Shown here: positions 49,201 to 61,745 of the stretch, piece after piece
Numbering within the stretch: position 1 is the first letter of the stretch
Layout of the letters: every line of letters begins with the position of its first letter
Source of the DNA: Phoronis australis
Lineage: Eukaryota; Animalia; Phoronida
Direction: 5' to 3'
Assembly (NCBI GenBank): GCA_002633005.1
Contig: NMRA01000259.1
Span: forward strand, 98,715-162,714
Length of the DNA stretch: 64,000 nucleotides
Position numbers and translations under genes: made by a program
Notes under the pieces: model-generated
Database searches by the model: none
Told to the model about the DNA's origin: nothing
The model's input: only the letters and a program-made list of their open reading frames with translations

Positions 49201-52046
49201 TCAACGAAAACAACAATAACACAGCAGTGGTAATGATAACGATATCGTACAGTAGGTGTTGTTATTACCATTAGTATTATTTTATCATTATTGTTATAAA
49301 TATCACAAAACGGCAATGATAACGATAATATTAATAACAATGTTAATGATAGTGACAGATTTCACAGAGGTTAATATGTGGTGGTGATGGCTTATCATGC
49401 AGGTACACCCATAGGAGCTGTCTTCCATCTGTTTGGACATAACTCCAGTATTAGTATATGAATGCAATGACGGGAAGCACGGTGATATAACGTCGCGCGT
49501 GTTAAGTCGAGCTATGTTGATATGTTTTACGCCATTCCCATTCTCAAAGAATATCAACATTTGAAGAGAGCATTGCAAGCACAACCACAGCAACTGTGTC
49601 GAGGTTTGGTGGAAGCGTAGGCAGTTTCAAAAGCTGGAACTATTTTATGGATGAAACCAAGTTTATTGCTTGGTTCGACAAATTTAAAACCTCGTGTCAA
49701 TTCAGTCAAGATTGTAGTTGTTGTAACACTAAAAACTTCGTTTACTCGTCAACAAAATGGTGACACGTGTCACATCCGAAATTCTGAACAGTCTTTTGGG
49801 TCAGTGAATAAGCTTGAGGCCTTACTAGCTGGCAAGAACAAACAAAATGGCCGCCACTGAAGTAATTGGCCAGCAGGGCTGAAATATTGAATTATGCGAC
49901 AAATTGTTTCTGTACGATAAGCGAAGATTTTTAGCCTCAGTTGATTGCCAGTGCCATGCGTATGATTGCTGAAGGCAACCCTGTTGTTGACGGATTCGTG
50001 AGTGAAACTTGTTTCGTTTTGCAGATGCTTGTTACACGACGTTGCCTTGTGTTCCGTACGAAGGAGAGCCATGTGAAGGGGTTTTGATTCCATGCAGTAA
50101 TGGTCAGTTCTGCATGACGGAAATAACTGTTCTGAAAAGTGATGGTGCAAGAATTATAAGCAAAACGTAAGACTTTCGGTGAATGCAAACAACGATGGAC
50201 CACTAAACGCTGCGCGCGAAGTTCGTTCTCTACCTAGAGTGCCTGGTTATGGTAATTCCTTGTTCTAGTGAGAGGGAGGGTCCCTTGCTGCGACACGTCA
50301 TAAGGTGGTTGTGATAACGCGCCAGCGCTGCGTAAACTAAAAGCACACTTATGACCTATCGCTCATTTACAAAATGAGATTTTATGGTAAATTTTTGTTT
50401 GTTCACTACACTTCTATCAATAATTTTAATAACATAAATGTTTAGTTGCCGTCGAAAGCGACATATGTTGTGTCTCAGTAGCGACAGAAGTCTCACCAGG
50501 CCAGAGGGGCCCTTTCCAAGAAACTAACTTTAGTCCATTTTTACTTAAGTGTAACACGTGTTTCAACTTCCAAACTTCCACATCCGGTAAATTAGTCAAA
50601 ATTAAGACAAAACTTATTTCGAAAACTTTTAAGTTTTAAAAGTCAAACTTAAGATCTCTTTCTTGAAACGATCTTGACTTAAAAGTGACTGAAATTAAAT
50701 ATTTGCGTTAGCTAAGTTTTCTTGGAAAGGTCCCTTGGTCACTCGTTGTTTACGTTTTTGCTTAATGTGTTGCTACATGCGTAGACGAGTTTTTCCTTTC
50801 GGACATTGCGACACCTGTTGACCACAAACTATCACAACTGTATAGCTGTCGCAATCCTCGAATTGGGACAGTTTCGTAGATGTTTGAATAACAAACTTCC
50901 CTAATTTTCCGTTTCAAAAATTTGTATTTTGACCAACTTCCTAGGGGACAGAAAGCGTCGCATAAATACTTTTGTTCCGGATTTTGACCAGTTTAACGCC
51001 TGCTATTCAGTAGAGGAAAATGGTTCTCACAATGAGTGAACCTGTAAGCGACTGTTAATCCTTCAGTTGTTTTGTGGACGCCCTGAAGTCCGTTTTCCAA
51101 TTAATAAACTGGAAAACAAGCTTTAACAACGACCAAAATGACGACTTAAGCTCCCTGAGAAAATGCTGTAAATTCCAATTTCGGCCACCCTCATCATTGT
51201 GTCGCATTTGCATTCTTTTGTGACAGGTTTGCTTTTTCCATATTCCAAAACGTTCCACCTTTCATGTGACGCCATGAATAATAACTGAAGATATGATTGG
51301 ACCAATTACATTTTGTCGATTGCACAAGTGGCCTATGCGAATGTGTAAACATCGTATTCCGGTACATAAATGTCCATGGAAGGTTCATGATGGAAAACAT
51401 GGAACGATGCGGGAAATTTTATACTTCCTTCTTCAATGAAGTCACGTTTACCGAGTGGGGCTCCAGCAGAAATCGACACCCACAATGTGGGCTACCTTGC
51501 GGGTTATTCGGCAAATCGGACGCAGTCAAGTAACATGAAGCCAACAGTATTAAAAGGAGTAGTTTATTTCGTAAAATCGAGCCTAAAATTTACCAGCGCG
51601 AAAAGGCTGCAGGCAGGCACAGTTATATAGAAATTGCTGTAGTCGTTTGCCAAAATCCTATTTCCTACACAATGACGTCACCACGGGGATACACGAGGGG
51701 ACCAGGCACCTGCATTACAAAAAATACAAACTCAATAATCGGAACGTTTCCTCGCGTAAATGGATGCACGAAATATGACCCGCTTGGCTCGTGCAGTGAA
51801 TTCACAATGGCTGCGCCAGTATTTTTAAACATCAAATTCTTTTTTTTTAGCTGTGTAAAGGAACTTCTATGTAAATCGCTTTGGCAAGAAACAGCGAGAA
51901 ATGAGGACTGCAGGAATTTCCTTAAGACGAACAGTACGACAGCAATCGCAAACGAAGAAATTCACTGTGACTTCTGTTGCACAGAGCGCGGCTGTAACAA
52001 AGAACATCTGCCCAAAGTGTCCTCGCTGTACCCACTCGAACCATAG
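37282..52046 (+). CDS. Secreted multidomain protein (~511 aa): signal peptide, three-finger (Ly6/uPAR-like) domain, interrupted TSP1 repeat, Thr-rich mucin-like repeats, second three-finger-like domain
   Basis: Phase-compatible GT-AG exons 37282-37298, 40428-40656, 41318-41386, 44922-45063, 45727-45843, 47364-47525, 47852-48313, 50025-50166 and 51851-52046 total 1536 nt with no internal stop. Motifs: CYKC...KGC...CTFCCEGDWCN, WSKWSECSVTCGQGVQTRRRQC, CDFCCTERGCN. The first exon and the donor at 48313 are the least certain parts. Confidence 0.85.
39205..39417. repeat. Degenerate (GCA)n microsatellite in intron 1
   Basis: GCA/ACA triplet run that explains the poly-Ala and poly-Leu ORFs. Confidence 0.85.
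40203..40350. repeat. Degenerate (TGTC)n tetranucleotide tract
   Basis: TGTCTGTC/CAGTCTGTC runs. Confidence 0.8.
40428..40656 (+). CDS. Exon 2: signal peptide core, basic segment, start of three-finger domain 1
   Basis: tttttag|...LAILLLALAEG...FPTCYKCVEAADSKRCEETKQRCLPNE|gtaatt. A homologous exon lies at 61746-62009. Confidence 0.9.
41318..41386 (+). CDS. Exon 3: three-finger domain 1, middle
   Basis: ttgcag|MCSAQYDLVGGKVVTTKGCKHKV|gtaagt, phase 0-0. Confidence 0.88.
41633..42120 (-). repeat. Dispersed repeat copy (inverted homolog of ~4000-4480)
   Basis: Shared TAACACCTTTT.AAGTCAAAA, TAGCAAAATAAC, GATTTTAATGAAAC and TCTTTGTTACATTAC blocks. Confidence 0.8.
42436..42475 (-). ncRNA. Minimal type I hammerhead ribozyme motif (U4C variant)
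   Basis: Reverse complement reads CTT-CCGAAGA-T-GGCTGC-TGAGA-GTAGCC-GAAA-C-T-GTC-AAG. Confidence 0.6.
42568..42607 (+). ncRNA. Minimal type I hammerhead ribozyme motif (U4A variant)
   Basis: CTT-CAGAAGA-T-GGCTGC-TGTGA-GTAGCC-GAAA-C-T-GTC-AAG. Stem I is CTT/AAG, stem II has 6 bp, stem III is minimal, and the GUC cleavage triplet is at 42602-42604. Confidence 0.6.
44922..45063 (+). CDS. Exon 4: three-finger domain 1, C-terminus
   Basis: ttttgtag|TCLNLEQNNPDWCFKGRLSSRCTFCCEGDWCNHNFSAVSGITRMTTP|gtatgt, containing the CCxxDxCN signature. Confidence 0.92.
45727..45843 (+). CDS. Exon 5: thrombospondin type-1 repeat, N-terminal part
   Basis: tttcag|GDCENWSKWSECSVTCGQGVQTRRRQCPIRERSKSTGKQ|gtagtt, phase 1-1. 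Confidence 0.92.
45878..46564. mobile_element. MITE/foldback element with ~20-bp subrepeat arms in intron 5
   Basis: TTTTGACCCATTATGTCC repeats at the left end and their reverse complements (GGACATAA, GTCAAAA) at the right end. Confidence 0.65.
47138..47266 (+). mobile_element. Penelope-like element ORF N-terminal fragment
   Basis: MQLTLGDLLFQLPSVERHLCRQYESLLDKIPKAKKSLLFNESC resembles the remembered PLE N-terminal pattern G.LL..L...E..L.R..E....K......FN..C. It is truncated by an AT-rich microsatellite. Confidence 0.5.
47364..47525 (+). CDS. Exon 6: basic, Cys-free insert within the TSP1 repeat
   Basis: ttttttcag|GGRSKGKPTIISSSEYNLLSKNEKALIYYLKKETKSASVEKKISALTYTILRDF|gtaagt, open and phase 1-1. 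Confidence 0.75.
47852..48313 (+). CDS. Exon 7: end of TSP1 (ETDSRRCEMKC) and Thr-rich mucin-like repeats
   Basis: Strong acceptor ttctgtttcag, in frame with ORF 47923-48372. The donor AG|GTACAG at 48313 is weak, and read-through would stop at 48372. Confidence 0.8.
48052..48240 (+). repeat. Coding 30-bp minisatellite (PTTSGSTTLK / PLTSEPTTLK)
   Basis: Tandem AAACCAACGACGTCAGGGTCAACCACGCTA-type units in two variants. Confidence 0.9.
50025..50166 (+). CDS. Exon 8: three-finger-like domain 2, N-terminal part
   Basis: ttttgcag|DACYTTLPCVPYEGEPCEGVLIPCSNGQFCMTEITVLKSDGARIISK|gtaaga, phase 1-2. Confidence 0.9.
50501..50738. mobile_element. MITE in intron 8
   Basis: CCAGAGGGGCCCTTTCCAAGAAACT matches the 3' reverse complement CCAAGGGACCTTTCCAAGAAAACT. 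Confidence 0.7.
51851..52046 (+). CDS. Exon 9 (terminal): three-finger-like domain 2, C-terminus
   Basis: ttttttttag|TCVKELLCKSLWQETARNEDCRNF...HCDFCCTERGCNKEHLPKVSSLYPLEP*, with a phase-2 acceptor matching exon 8. Confidence 0.92.
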
Positions 52047-52341
52047 ACATGATGGATTGAAAAGCTTTTTTGTCCCAAGTTAGTGATTTGGACAATTTTC
52101 ATGACTTTTCATGATATCTATTCGTGATATTCGAGAATATCAAAATATCAACCCTTGATAACCTACTTTAAGTTTTTGTAGCTGCATATTAATTGTCTGA
52201 CGACACGTAAACTTTGATGAACAGGCGCCATATTTAGACACGACTGAGTTACATGGATGTAGAACAAGCTGTTTTTCCGTATCTTTGTAGCGCCACGGTT
52301 TAAGTGACTTGCAACGACTGTTGCAGTATTGTCGTTTGATG

Positions 52342-52347
52342 AATAAA
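52342..52347 (+). terminator. Candidate polyadenylation signal
   Basis: AATAAA about 300 bp after the stop codon. Confidence 0.45.
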
Positions 52348-55300
52348 ACAGATTTCCCCTTCACAACGTGTCATCTGTATTACTTGCCTTGCTTCTTTTT
52401 TTCCACCAACAAGAACTCTTTACGATCTTAGACAAGACCTTTAACATGAAACATCTTCATTCATATCTACTTAAAGGGGCGCAACTGGCTGCCAGCGAAT
52501 TAACACGGGAACACAGGAGCCATTTACGTTTACGTAGTTCCTTTTTGACAAGTCTTAGTATTTAGCCAAATATTTAGAACACTATAGATTTTAGCTCAGT
52601 GAAAGCGTTTATTTTCTGAAAGTAGAAACGTCGAGAACATTTTATTTTATTGACTTTTTACCAATCTGTCATTATTTGAGTCAACAGAACATGCTGTTTT
52701 AGTAGCAAGGTACATTTAACCATAGATTATAGACAACAGATTCGCAACTCCGACATTTTCTTTTGCACTATCCTAGAAGAGGCGTCACTCTCCTAGATTA
52801 TCTGGTGCAGTTTCCGGTTGGTGTATTGTGACGGGAAATTCTTGCATCTTTTCTACAGTCCAGTACAACGAAAAAAATAATTAGGCATTGAGACGCTGTT
52901 CAAAAGTCTTCCAACAAGTAGAATTGTTGGTATCGTAAGTACTTTTAGCAACGCTACTACCAACCGACCACACAGCAGCCGGCCATGATTAGCAGACAAC
53001 GTACTTGCCGGAAATTTCACCACATAATTTGGCCAGGTGTCGCTAGTGAAAATGACGTAACGGCTTGTGTAAAAGACCACAGATTTCGTCCATTGAAATT
53101 ATACGGAGTTGGCGGTCCATGTACTACAGTCTATGATTTAACTTAAAGCAACGGAATATGTAACATGATCAATTCTTATTTGATGGAAATGCTCAAGATG
53201 AGATCTCAAAAACGCTGTCGCCGATTTATAAAATATTTCGTCTTTGTTTTATGCAACTCTACATTTTTGCATGAAAATCGAGAAGTTTTAATTTTAATTA
53301 CCACTCGTACAAAAGTGGAACATTCTAAAAACAACTTCAAATATCGCTTTTGAGAACAGCATAAGGCAAGTTTCGCACAAATCCAAACAACCATTTTTGA
53401 GATATGATGTTGCGACGTTAGCCAAATTTTGTCATCCTCTACATAGATGTAACCTTAATTCGCTGACAAGTGCAATAACTCCTACATTTATTTGGCATTT
53501 GTATGCAGTCTGGACATGAGCTTTTGACGGAAATCACAACAGTCTCACGCACCACGTTGTAAGTGTCAATTACCTGGAAGTTTTGCACGTGCGTTTTTGC
53601 CTAAACGCGGCTCCATTACGGATAGACTGTGTAAGTTAATTATTAAATACACTCTTTGAATTCCTTAACTTTCCAAGATAAACTTACATAAATGGTAAAT
53701 AACCTTAGTTAAAGAACAACACTTGCCGCTAAGATGGGTGACATTTTCATGACTAGATTCCTTACCAAGGGGTGTCTTTTCAATCAAATATATTACAGAA
53801 GGTAACCTGTTTTGGTTTGGTACCTGTGGCGGATTGTACATGAAGCTAAATAACCGAAAATTTGAGGACACGCGCAAAATAGAAGCCCCAATTCGTCCCA
53901 CAGACACTATGCAAAAGATGTGGTGAGCGGAGGTGCATTCCATAAAGCTAAAAAAGCCGAAGCTTAGGACCCCACACGAAATGGTGACGTTTTCTCGTCG
54001 TGACAGGTGTCCTCTAAAGTTGTGACAACCGAAAAGACAAGGATGAAAAATTATGGCGACCAGGGTGACTGAAAATTAGTGCCCCGCTTCATCGTCACAT
54101 GGTCCCACGAAAGTTGTGGCGACCAGAGCGCCAATTTGCATGTGTGGCGAAATGAGAGAATTTGCAAAGACAGGTCCGAGAATTTTTATAGCTTGGGGTC
54201 CCGAAAAATTTAACCCAGCACTGACTGGGACTCTACAAATGTTCCGCTCTTGCATCAGAGCTCTTACGTAATGGTTTCATTTTTCATTGAGGTTTGTCTT
54301 GTTAAAAGTACTCAGCCAAATTTTTTAATTAAACCTACATAAAAATGAATTCAATGCTATATTTTACAATTACGCTATTTTAACTAAGATTTTTTTATTT
54401 ATGACGTACTGATTGCATGAGTGATTAGTCTCGGAGTCACGTGCGATTTTGTTCCAGGTACAGTGTAGATTACAGTTAACCCTACTTTTCAGAGCATCCG
54501 AGGTTATTATTGACAAGAGAAGACAGTTGGAAACATCTAAAGATCAAAGGAAGTGAATCTCATGTGAAGAAAAAAGTGCTTTCGAGGACGGATCTCGTTT
54601 TTTGTCAGAATGCACAGTGTATGAAAATTTACGAGGTAAACCTGTTTTGCAGGTGATTAGGCAGCGTAAGGTTTTACTTCAGCTAGTAGCCAATGGTGGT
54701 GTGGCGTTGAGAATTGGTTTTGATTGGTAACAAGTTGAAATCAGATAATCGCATAGAAAATAAACGTTTTCTGTTTTCTAGTGTACATGTATATTCCTCG
54801 GCGTGTGCTTAGTTCCTCGTGAAGTCTTATACTTGCTTCGATATCTCCCGTATGTGCTTTAAAATTTCCTAGTTCGTGATCTGAAAGTCGTTGATTTGTT
54901 CTATAAATGCCCCATCGGGAAACTGTCTTTTGCTTTTGGTAGCAAGGAATGACGTGGCACAAGATGGAGGACAGACGTAGTGTTGAGATTTTCGTAGCCC
55001 TGATTGGCTGGAATTTATTGCTTGATGGCATGTGTGAAATGTCCATTGCAACTTAGTTTGATATAAGCTTCTCAATAAAATATTACTTAGTGAGTTCAGT
55101 TGTGTTTATATTGAACAATTACATGTTTACAATTTTTGCGTGTTTACAATATTCACATGATGTATTTAGAGAGGAATTCTTGAAGTATTTGGTATACATC
55201 CTACGAGCTATTCAGTATACTTTGATGGAAACTTTGATTGAAAAGGAAGTTAATAAATGGACGAAAGTAGCAAAATGATGCATTTTTGTGATTTCAGAAG

Positions 55301-55959
55301 GAAGGATTACAGCTTTGTTTAACCTTAGTAACAGCAAGCCACGTTGACTCCCAAAATGAGTGTCATATGCTGGGACATATATCAAATATTAGAGTGTAAT
55401 TACGGAAAATGAACCTCTTTGGTTACCTTTGAAAACTTGGCAATGTCGTGACTTTCTGAGATATTCTGTGCATTTAACATTTCAAAGTCCGTTTTTTTGA
55501 AACGTTTAGCCGCTGAGCTATCAATTTACAAGCATATGCAACGCACGTGTCAACAGAATTTTTAAACCCAGTCAAATGGCGTTGACGAGTAGTTTTTCCA
55601 CCACCAATAGTGTACTAAAACGCCTTTTAGACAAAGACGAACAAATATTTTTACGAAACGGGAGGTCGATCCAGGCAAATCGATAGGTTTTAGTAGAAAC
55701 GTCCAGTGGACATTTTTGCCCAATTCGCCAAATTGGGAGGGGGGCTCGTTGGAGCCCCCCGACCCCTCCCCTCCCCCCGGGTGCGCCCATGGATCTGGTG
55801 TTTTGAATGAAGCATGGCGTGATCTGTGGATAGGTCCGAGGTTGGTATTGTGGATCTGTCACTGCGCGCAGCAATTCATATTCCTTACTTCGGCCAAGAG
55901 CCCATTTTGGTCATGTGTCATGGCTTAACGTGGTACACATATTAAAGAATATTTTATCG

Positions 55960-56170
55960 CAAAGAGGCAACTTTATTCCTGGTTTTAATTTTAACTGATT
56001 TCTCGCTTGTGGGGTAAGGTTTGCGCGTGTGGAAGTCTCCTCCGAAGACTCGTTTGCCGATCGTGAATGTAAAAACGCTTGTTCAAAGTACTTCCGACAA
56101 ATATGCTTCGCGCACGTAGGCCTTCTTATTATATAACTATCGGATGGGAGTCTCCTAAGTTTCACGGAAC
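55960..56170 (-). mobile_element. Degenerate THAP-domain relic (transposon-derived)
   Basis: LRRLPSD...ICRKYFE...LKLKPGIKLP resembles THAP F.FP.D...ICS.HFE...LKP.AVP, but key residues are lost. Confidence 0.4.
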
Positions 56171-57710
56171 TATATATTATAACTGCCCATTCGTGAACTA
56201 TAAAATACATGGTCCTAGATCCATGGAACTTCAGCGTATTTCATAACATTTACAGTCGTTGAGTCGGAAGTATTCTACACCGTCATTACCAGCTCGGAAA
56301 CAGCATGTAATTTGTGATAGTGAGCGCAGATCAAGACACACTTGTTTTGAAGTGATCAATCGGCTTGTTTTTTCAAAGTTGTTTTTAATGCGCTTATCCA
56401 CGAGCCTCTGACGTATTCGCTATCTTGGCTATCTGGAATGTGGTTATCGACTGACTACAGAGGCTTGTGCGTCACACGTTTTATCTGAAAATTGCTGTAG
56501 GCCATTCAAACGTTTTGAACACGCTGCACGTCTATTCTAGGGGAGATGACTGTTTTATAAGCGTTTCGTCCAAGACATTTTATGCGCTATGGCATTCACT
56601 AGCTTAATCGCGACACCTATTGCGGCGTGATGAAAGTGTAGATAACAGGATACTCAAAAACAACTCAAAGAATCTCTCTGAAGTTTATTACGTAACAATT
56701 ATTAACGCTTGGCAAGAGTGATTGACGTGAACGAAGCCTTCGCGTGGCAATGTCACACGAATGCTCGGCGCGAAAAATTCAGAAATCCTGACTACAGGCC
56801 GAGGAGACAACATATTGTTGCTGAATTTGATGCACGAGCAACGAACTATTGGGTTTCGATGTTATAACAATTCACGTCTACCACGGCAGAAAGACAGCGC
56901 CATGTGGTCAAAAATTCAAGATTTCCTACCTGTCATGTTAAGTTCATGACCAATCAGCTCCCAAATCTGTTAACCAAATGTCTTTGTAATGGGTGCACCG
57001 CTTGTCTTACCAAATGAATGAGAGTTAGTCTATCTTTAAGAGAAGTGAACAAAATTGTTGCAGGTCAATTCGAAATTTATGGGTTGTGATTGATTCAAAA
57101 AGCTAAACATGCTGCTTTTGAATTTTCAGTCGCGCGACGTCGCTCTCGCCGCACCCGTGTAGAGACCACAGCAGAATTTAGTTGTTTCAACTGAACGTGA
57201 ATGAAAACACGTCGCTCCCTCGCGTGCAGTCGGCTCATTCTTTTTATATCATGGCAAAGACGGTCTCTGAACACGGAGACAGATTTCACATGCAGCCATG
57301 GAAGCGCTGATATCACCTGTGAAAATGGAATGGGTTTGTGGGCGGCCTTCGAGTTACCGATAATTAAATGTATCATCACTTCAGGTTAGCACGTGCATGT
57401 ATGTTCTTAACACCGTAAAAGTGGCAATCAAGTGAATCACAAATAGTCATACACACAAAAATTCGAGGAAATATTTCCTCGATTATGTTCCTCAGTCATT
57501 CACTCGTATTTCAAATAGTCACTAAAACCGGCTTAGGAGATACTCGGCCGCCTCCGACATGAGGTTGCACCCGCAAGTGAATTGAAACATTTAACAACGA
57601 TCTAGCCAGCAACAGCATGAAAGAATTAATATAATAATACAACCCACATTTGTTCCCGTGCATCTTCCCCGGGTGATCTCGCGCTACCAGTAAGAGTGGT
57701 TTTACAGTTT

Positions 57711-57974
57711 CATGCGCGCACCAAGCCTTTAGTTTGGGGGGGCTCGAATTTCTGACTAACTGGACCTTTTGCTAACAAAAAAAGCTGGAGGCCTTTAACA
57801 ATTTTTAAAAAGGGTACCATCTTCAGAACTGTGAACTGTGCGTCTGCGCCTTTTTAGTGGGCTTTTGTCTCGTTTACTCGAAATTTTTGTTTCTTTGAGG
57901 CGGACCTTTTTGTCCATTTCGCCAAATGGGGGGCTCGTTTGAGCCCACCACGCCTCCCCCCGTGTGCACGCCTG
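57711..57974. mobile_element. MITE with GGGGGCTCG subtermini; related end fragment at ~55735-55791
   Basis: CATGCGCGCAC matches the 3' reverse complement CAGGCGTGCAC. The block GGGGGCTCGTT.GAGCCC is shared with the fragment. Confidence 0.6.
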
Positions 57975-60139
57975 AGTTCATGGATAGGAAGACTGAACCA
58001 TCACCGTTGGGCCGTATTCTGAAGCGCAGGGAGGAGGGTGGGGTCTTTGCAGGACATGGTGAAGACTCGAGTGAGCTTCGTGACTGATTCCTGAATTGCC
58101 TTGGAAAGATATTACTCGTTGACTATGAGAGTGTAAATGAGCAAAACACCGACACAAATGCATAGAGTACTGTTTATTTTATTTTCAGGTCAGACCCTTG
58201 AACCATTATGACCAGTGAATGGATTATACACCTTAGGTATAAGTAAACTGACGAAGTCGTATTTGCATGGCTAATGGCAAAACAGCAACACACCAGGTTT
58301 ACTACAAACTAGAGCTGAATTTTGGACACAGCTCACTAAATTAAATTAATCAGTCTGTCTATTCAGTAAATATATACCTCGATGTCTCAAAATCTCTGTT
58401 GACCCCGATTCACGTCATACATGTACTTAGTTCTCCCGGATTTGACTAGAACCCAGCCCTCCCCTGCCAGGCAAAGGTGACAGATAACTTAGACTTTTGA
58501 TTGTATGTTTACCTTGTCATTATGGACGACAAACTCTTAACGCGAGTTGTGTCGTCACACTCCAATCAACTGTGACGTGCACTGAGATTCCGGGAGCTCG
58601 ATAAAAATTTGGCCTGAAGCCAAACCCAAGGTATCTGTTGTTGCAAGGTGTTTATCAACCCTTAATTATACCTGCCTGAGGGTTCATATTGCGTCTAACC
58701 AAGTGCGTTTCTGTGCAAATCATTTCGACAAGTTCATTTAATCAAAATATCCGCAAAAAATACGTTGAGAGTCAACTACACTATATTCCATCCTATGAAC
58801 ACTGTAAGATGGCGGGGAAAATGACCGACCGAAGCGTCGTGCCAATATAAATAGGCAAGAGCATGGAGTAAATAAGCCAATATATTTTAGAAACTAGGTT
58901 ACCACATCACCATCTCGAAAGCGGTTTTAGGAAGACAACACCATTTCCAATCCAGTAAATGTGACCCTTTGCAGAATGCCCACTAAGTGATTGACAATTA
59001 AGACACGTTAATCTGCCATTTATCAGAAACTCTTTATTATCTTATCAACTTTGACTCGCGCCCAGGTATAAATTAACCGAACATTTCTATTGCCAAGTTA
59101 TTCAAAAACAGAGAGAATGCTGTCCAAAACTGGATTGGCAGGTACGTCTTTGTGCACTGTAACATAATACTGAACTACTGAGAACTTTGGAAGTATTATC
59201 TCTTCTCTAGCTCTAACCTCTCATTTTTCAAATAATTAGATATTAATTTAATTCAAAAACACAATGTGCCCATTTTAGCAGTCTGTCCGGTTTTATCTTG
59301 GAATTTATGGCCCCTGGACTCTCCGCTCACTTCCAATCATGCTTAGAGTAATTTTGGGAACTCAACTCACCATCTCGCACCATCATTCATACTCTCAAAA
59401 ACCAAATAGCAGTACATATTGCAATTTTGTTTCTGTTTTTGTGCAATTTTTCAATTTGAGCTAATTCATCTCACAAAATCAATAGTTAGCGAACGTTCAA
59501 ACGTTCTGACATTTTTTTACCTTGGAAGTGATCGCATTTGGTCAGAGTTGTTAAATTTTAGTTGTATCTCAAATTTGGAGTTTCATCTGACTCTCACTTT
59601 TGCATTGGGCCAACACTCCATTCTAGAGCTACGAGGACTGGTACTGCGAATAGTTCACTTATCAGAACGGAGTAACGTTCACACATTCCGATAGGTTGAT
59701 GTTGAAAAATGTGTTATATATATTATCCTCTCTATTGAGAAATGTCGTTGTGGTCTGCCGTTGTTGTAACCACAGAAAATGACTATTAAATCGATGTGTT
59801 TCACACAGGTTTGAGGCTTTGCCACATCTAGAATTACATGGCTCATGGGTAAATAATACGAACTCTATCCTTTTCCGGCTAATTACTGTACGATATTAGT
59901 ACGCCAGACGTCCAAACCAAGGCATACACATTGATACCCAGACACTGTGTTGTGCGTGGCAGTGCCCACACACATACTCGGCCCCTTTCTTTCACCCTGA
60001 CGAAAACTGTATGAACGAAATGAGAAGTGAGCCCAATTTCACCTAGAAAGTGCTACACATTGACCACAGGAACTTCGTACAGTGTCATGCTGTAACTATT
60101 TCAACACCACCGAAAAATGAAGCTAGGCTCCGAAAAGGT

Positions 60140-60840
60140 TATCAAAAAACAAAATTGGCACTTTTCAGCCCAAAACCACCCTGCTAGTGTTCGACAGTAG
60201 CCAACACGAAGTTCTGAACGCAAATCGTTTGCAGATTCCCCAAATGTGGTCCAAAACTGCTGCCATCCAATCACATTTTTTTTTAGTTCTGGGTTGTTTG
60301 AGGGTTACCTGAAATGACAGAACATTTCTCGGTTGCTGAAACAATGCGACAAGGAGCCGCCATTTTGAAGAAAAGTGTATATACAGTCGAAGTTGTAGAT
60401 TTTTCTCATTCTGGCCTGCACCAAGAGCTTAATTTATAGGCATTATAAATTGGCTGTGGCTTCATTCTAACTGTAGAGTCCCACATTTCACAGGGACAGT
60501 CTGCTGTACAAATAATATAGCCCAGTTGGCTGTTTGGTGTACCCACTTGGTACTTTATATGATATTTGCCCATTTGGCAGTTTGTACCCACTTGGTACTT
60601 GTTATTGAATTTGCCGTTTTGCTCGACCCAGTTGGTAGGCAATCGGCCAATACCCATTTGGTACTATGCTAACCTGTGCCACTTAGCATCCGATACTCAA
60701 TTGTACTTTGGGTATCGGAAATGTGTGTGTTATCTCTTGTAATTAAGGAACCCATCTGGTTCCTTCTGTGAAATATTTATTTGTAGAGCTGTGACCCAAC
60801 TTAAAATAGACATTATTCTTGTTGTTTTATTTGTCCCCAA
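60140..60840. repeat. Composite repeat: inverted copy of 337-570 joined to the TTGTCCCCAA-ending unit of 6593-7896
   Basis: Direct sequence similarity to both segments that flank the transposase pseudogene. Confidence 0.75.
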
Positions 60841-61745
60841 TAAGGTACAGTACGTTTGCTCAAGTCTTACAGTAACCACACCCTCCTCTACTATATTGGA
60901 ATAATTGCCATTTAACTTTGGGCAAAATGTAAATTCTTTATGGCGTAAAATCATCCAATAATGGCTTTGTACGGAAAATTACGTTATAACGGGCGAGGAT
61001 AGATTTGTATGATAACTATGTAAGGTTCCATATATGCAACTGTATTGCTTTCGAAGCACATCAATATTTGCGTGAGTAGTACTTTCCGAACAGCTGCGCC
61101 ATATTGAAATTTGTGCGCCAACCAAACGCCAATCAGGTCTTAAGTGGGCTGGCTTTCAGCGCCACCTACTGATCTCCTGTAATGCTGAGGAGAGCTTTCA
61201 ACGTTCTAGTATTTTAACACCTTTCCTGCTATAACAATGCAGGAAATTGAGGTGCACTAATTGCTCGCAAAAAGACAAACCTTTTGAAATAACTGTTGAT
61301 GAAGGACACCATTTTCCATCCATTCTCCCATTGTGGAAATCCGCGATGGCGAGTCAGTGGATGTGATTAATAAGTCGGGAGAATTTCGATCCCAGCCGAT
61401 GTCAAAAAGCTAAAATTAATTAGTGAACTCAACCTAATCAAATAATGGGAGGGACTGAGTGACAGTAAGATTTATTCCTATGTCTTATGTTAATAAACCG
61501 TTGTGTATTTATTGAATTTCTGTCCGCCAAATCTCAGTGAGGATCAAACGGAAGTTGCTTCCGCGCTCTCAGTGCTCTAAAGAGCACCAATATGAAAAGT
61601 CTGCTATTTGATTTCTCCGGGCTCGGTCTTTCACAACACTTTATCAGTTCGTCCCACGGGCAAAAATCACAGATTGAGACTTAAGGTGTAATTCAAAGTC
61701 CACTAGTATTTCTACATAGAACTCAAGCTCATCACAATCAGTTCA

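Noticed and set aside
49550-49603. Possible extra 54-nt exon
   Set aside because: Weak splice sites, and the Thr-rich reading needs phase 2 while the neighbouring junctions are phase 1. Left out pending RNA data.
58189-58236. Small AG/GT-bounded segment as coding exon 1 of the paralog
   Set aside because: Its ATG frame ends in phase 2, but the 61720 acceptor needs phase 1. It could only be a 5' UTR exon.
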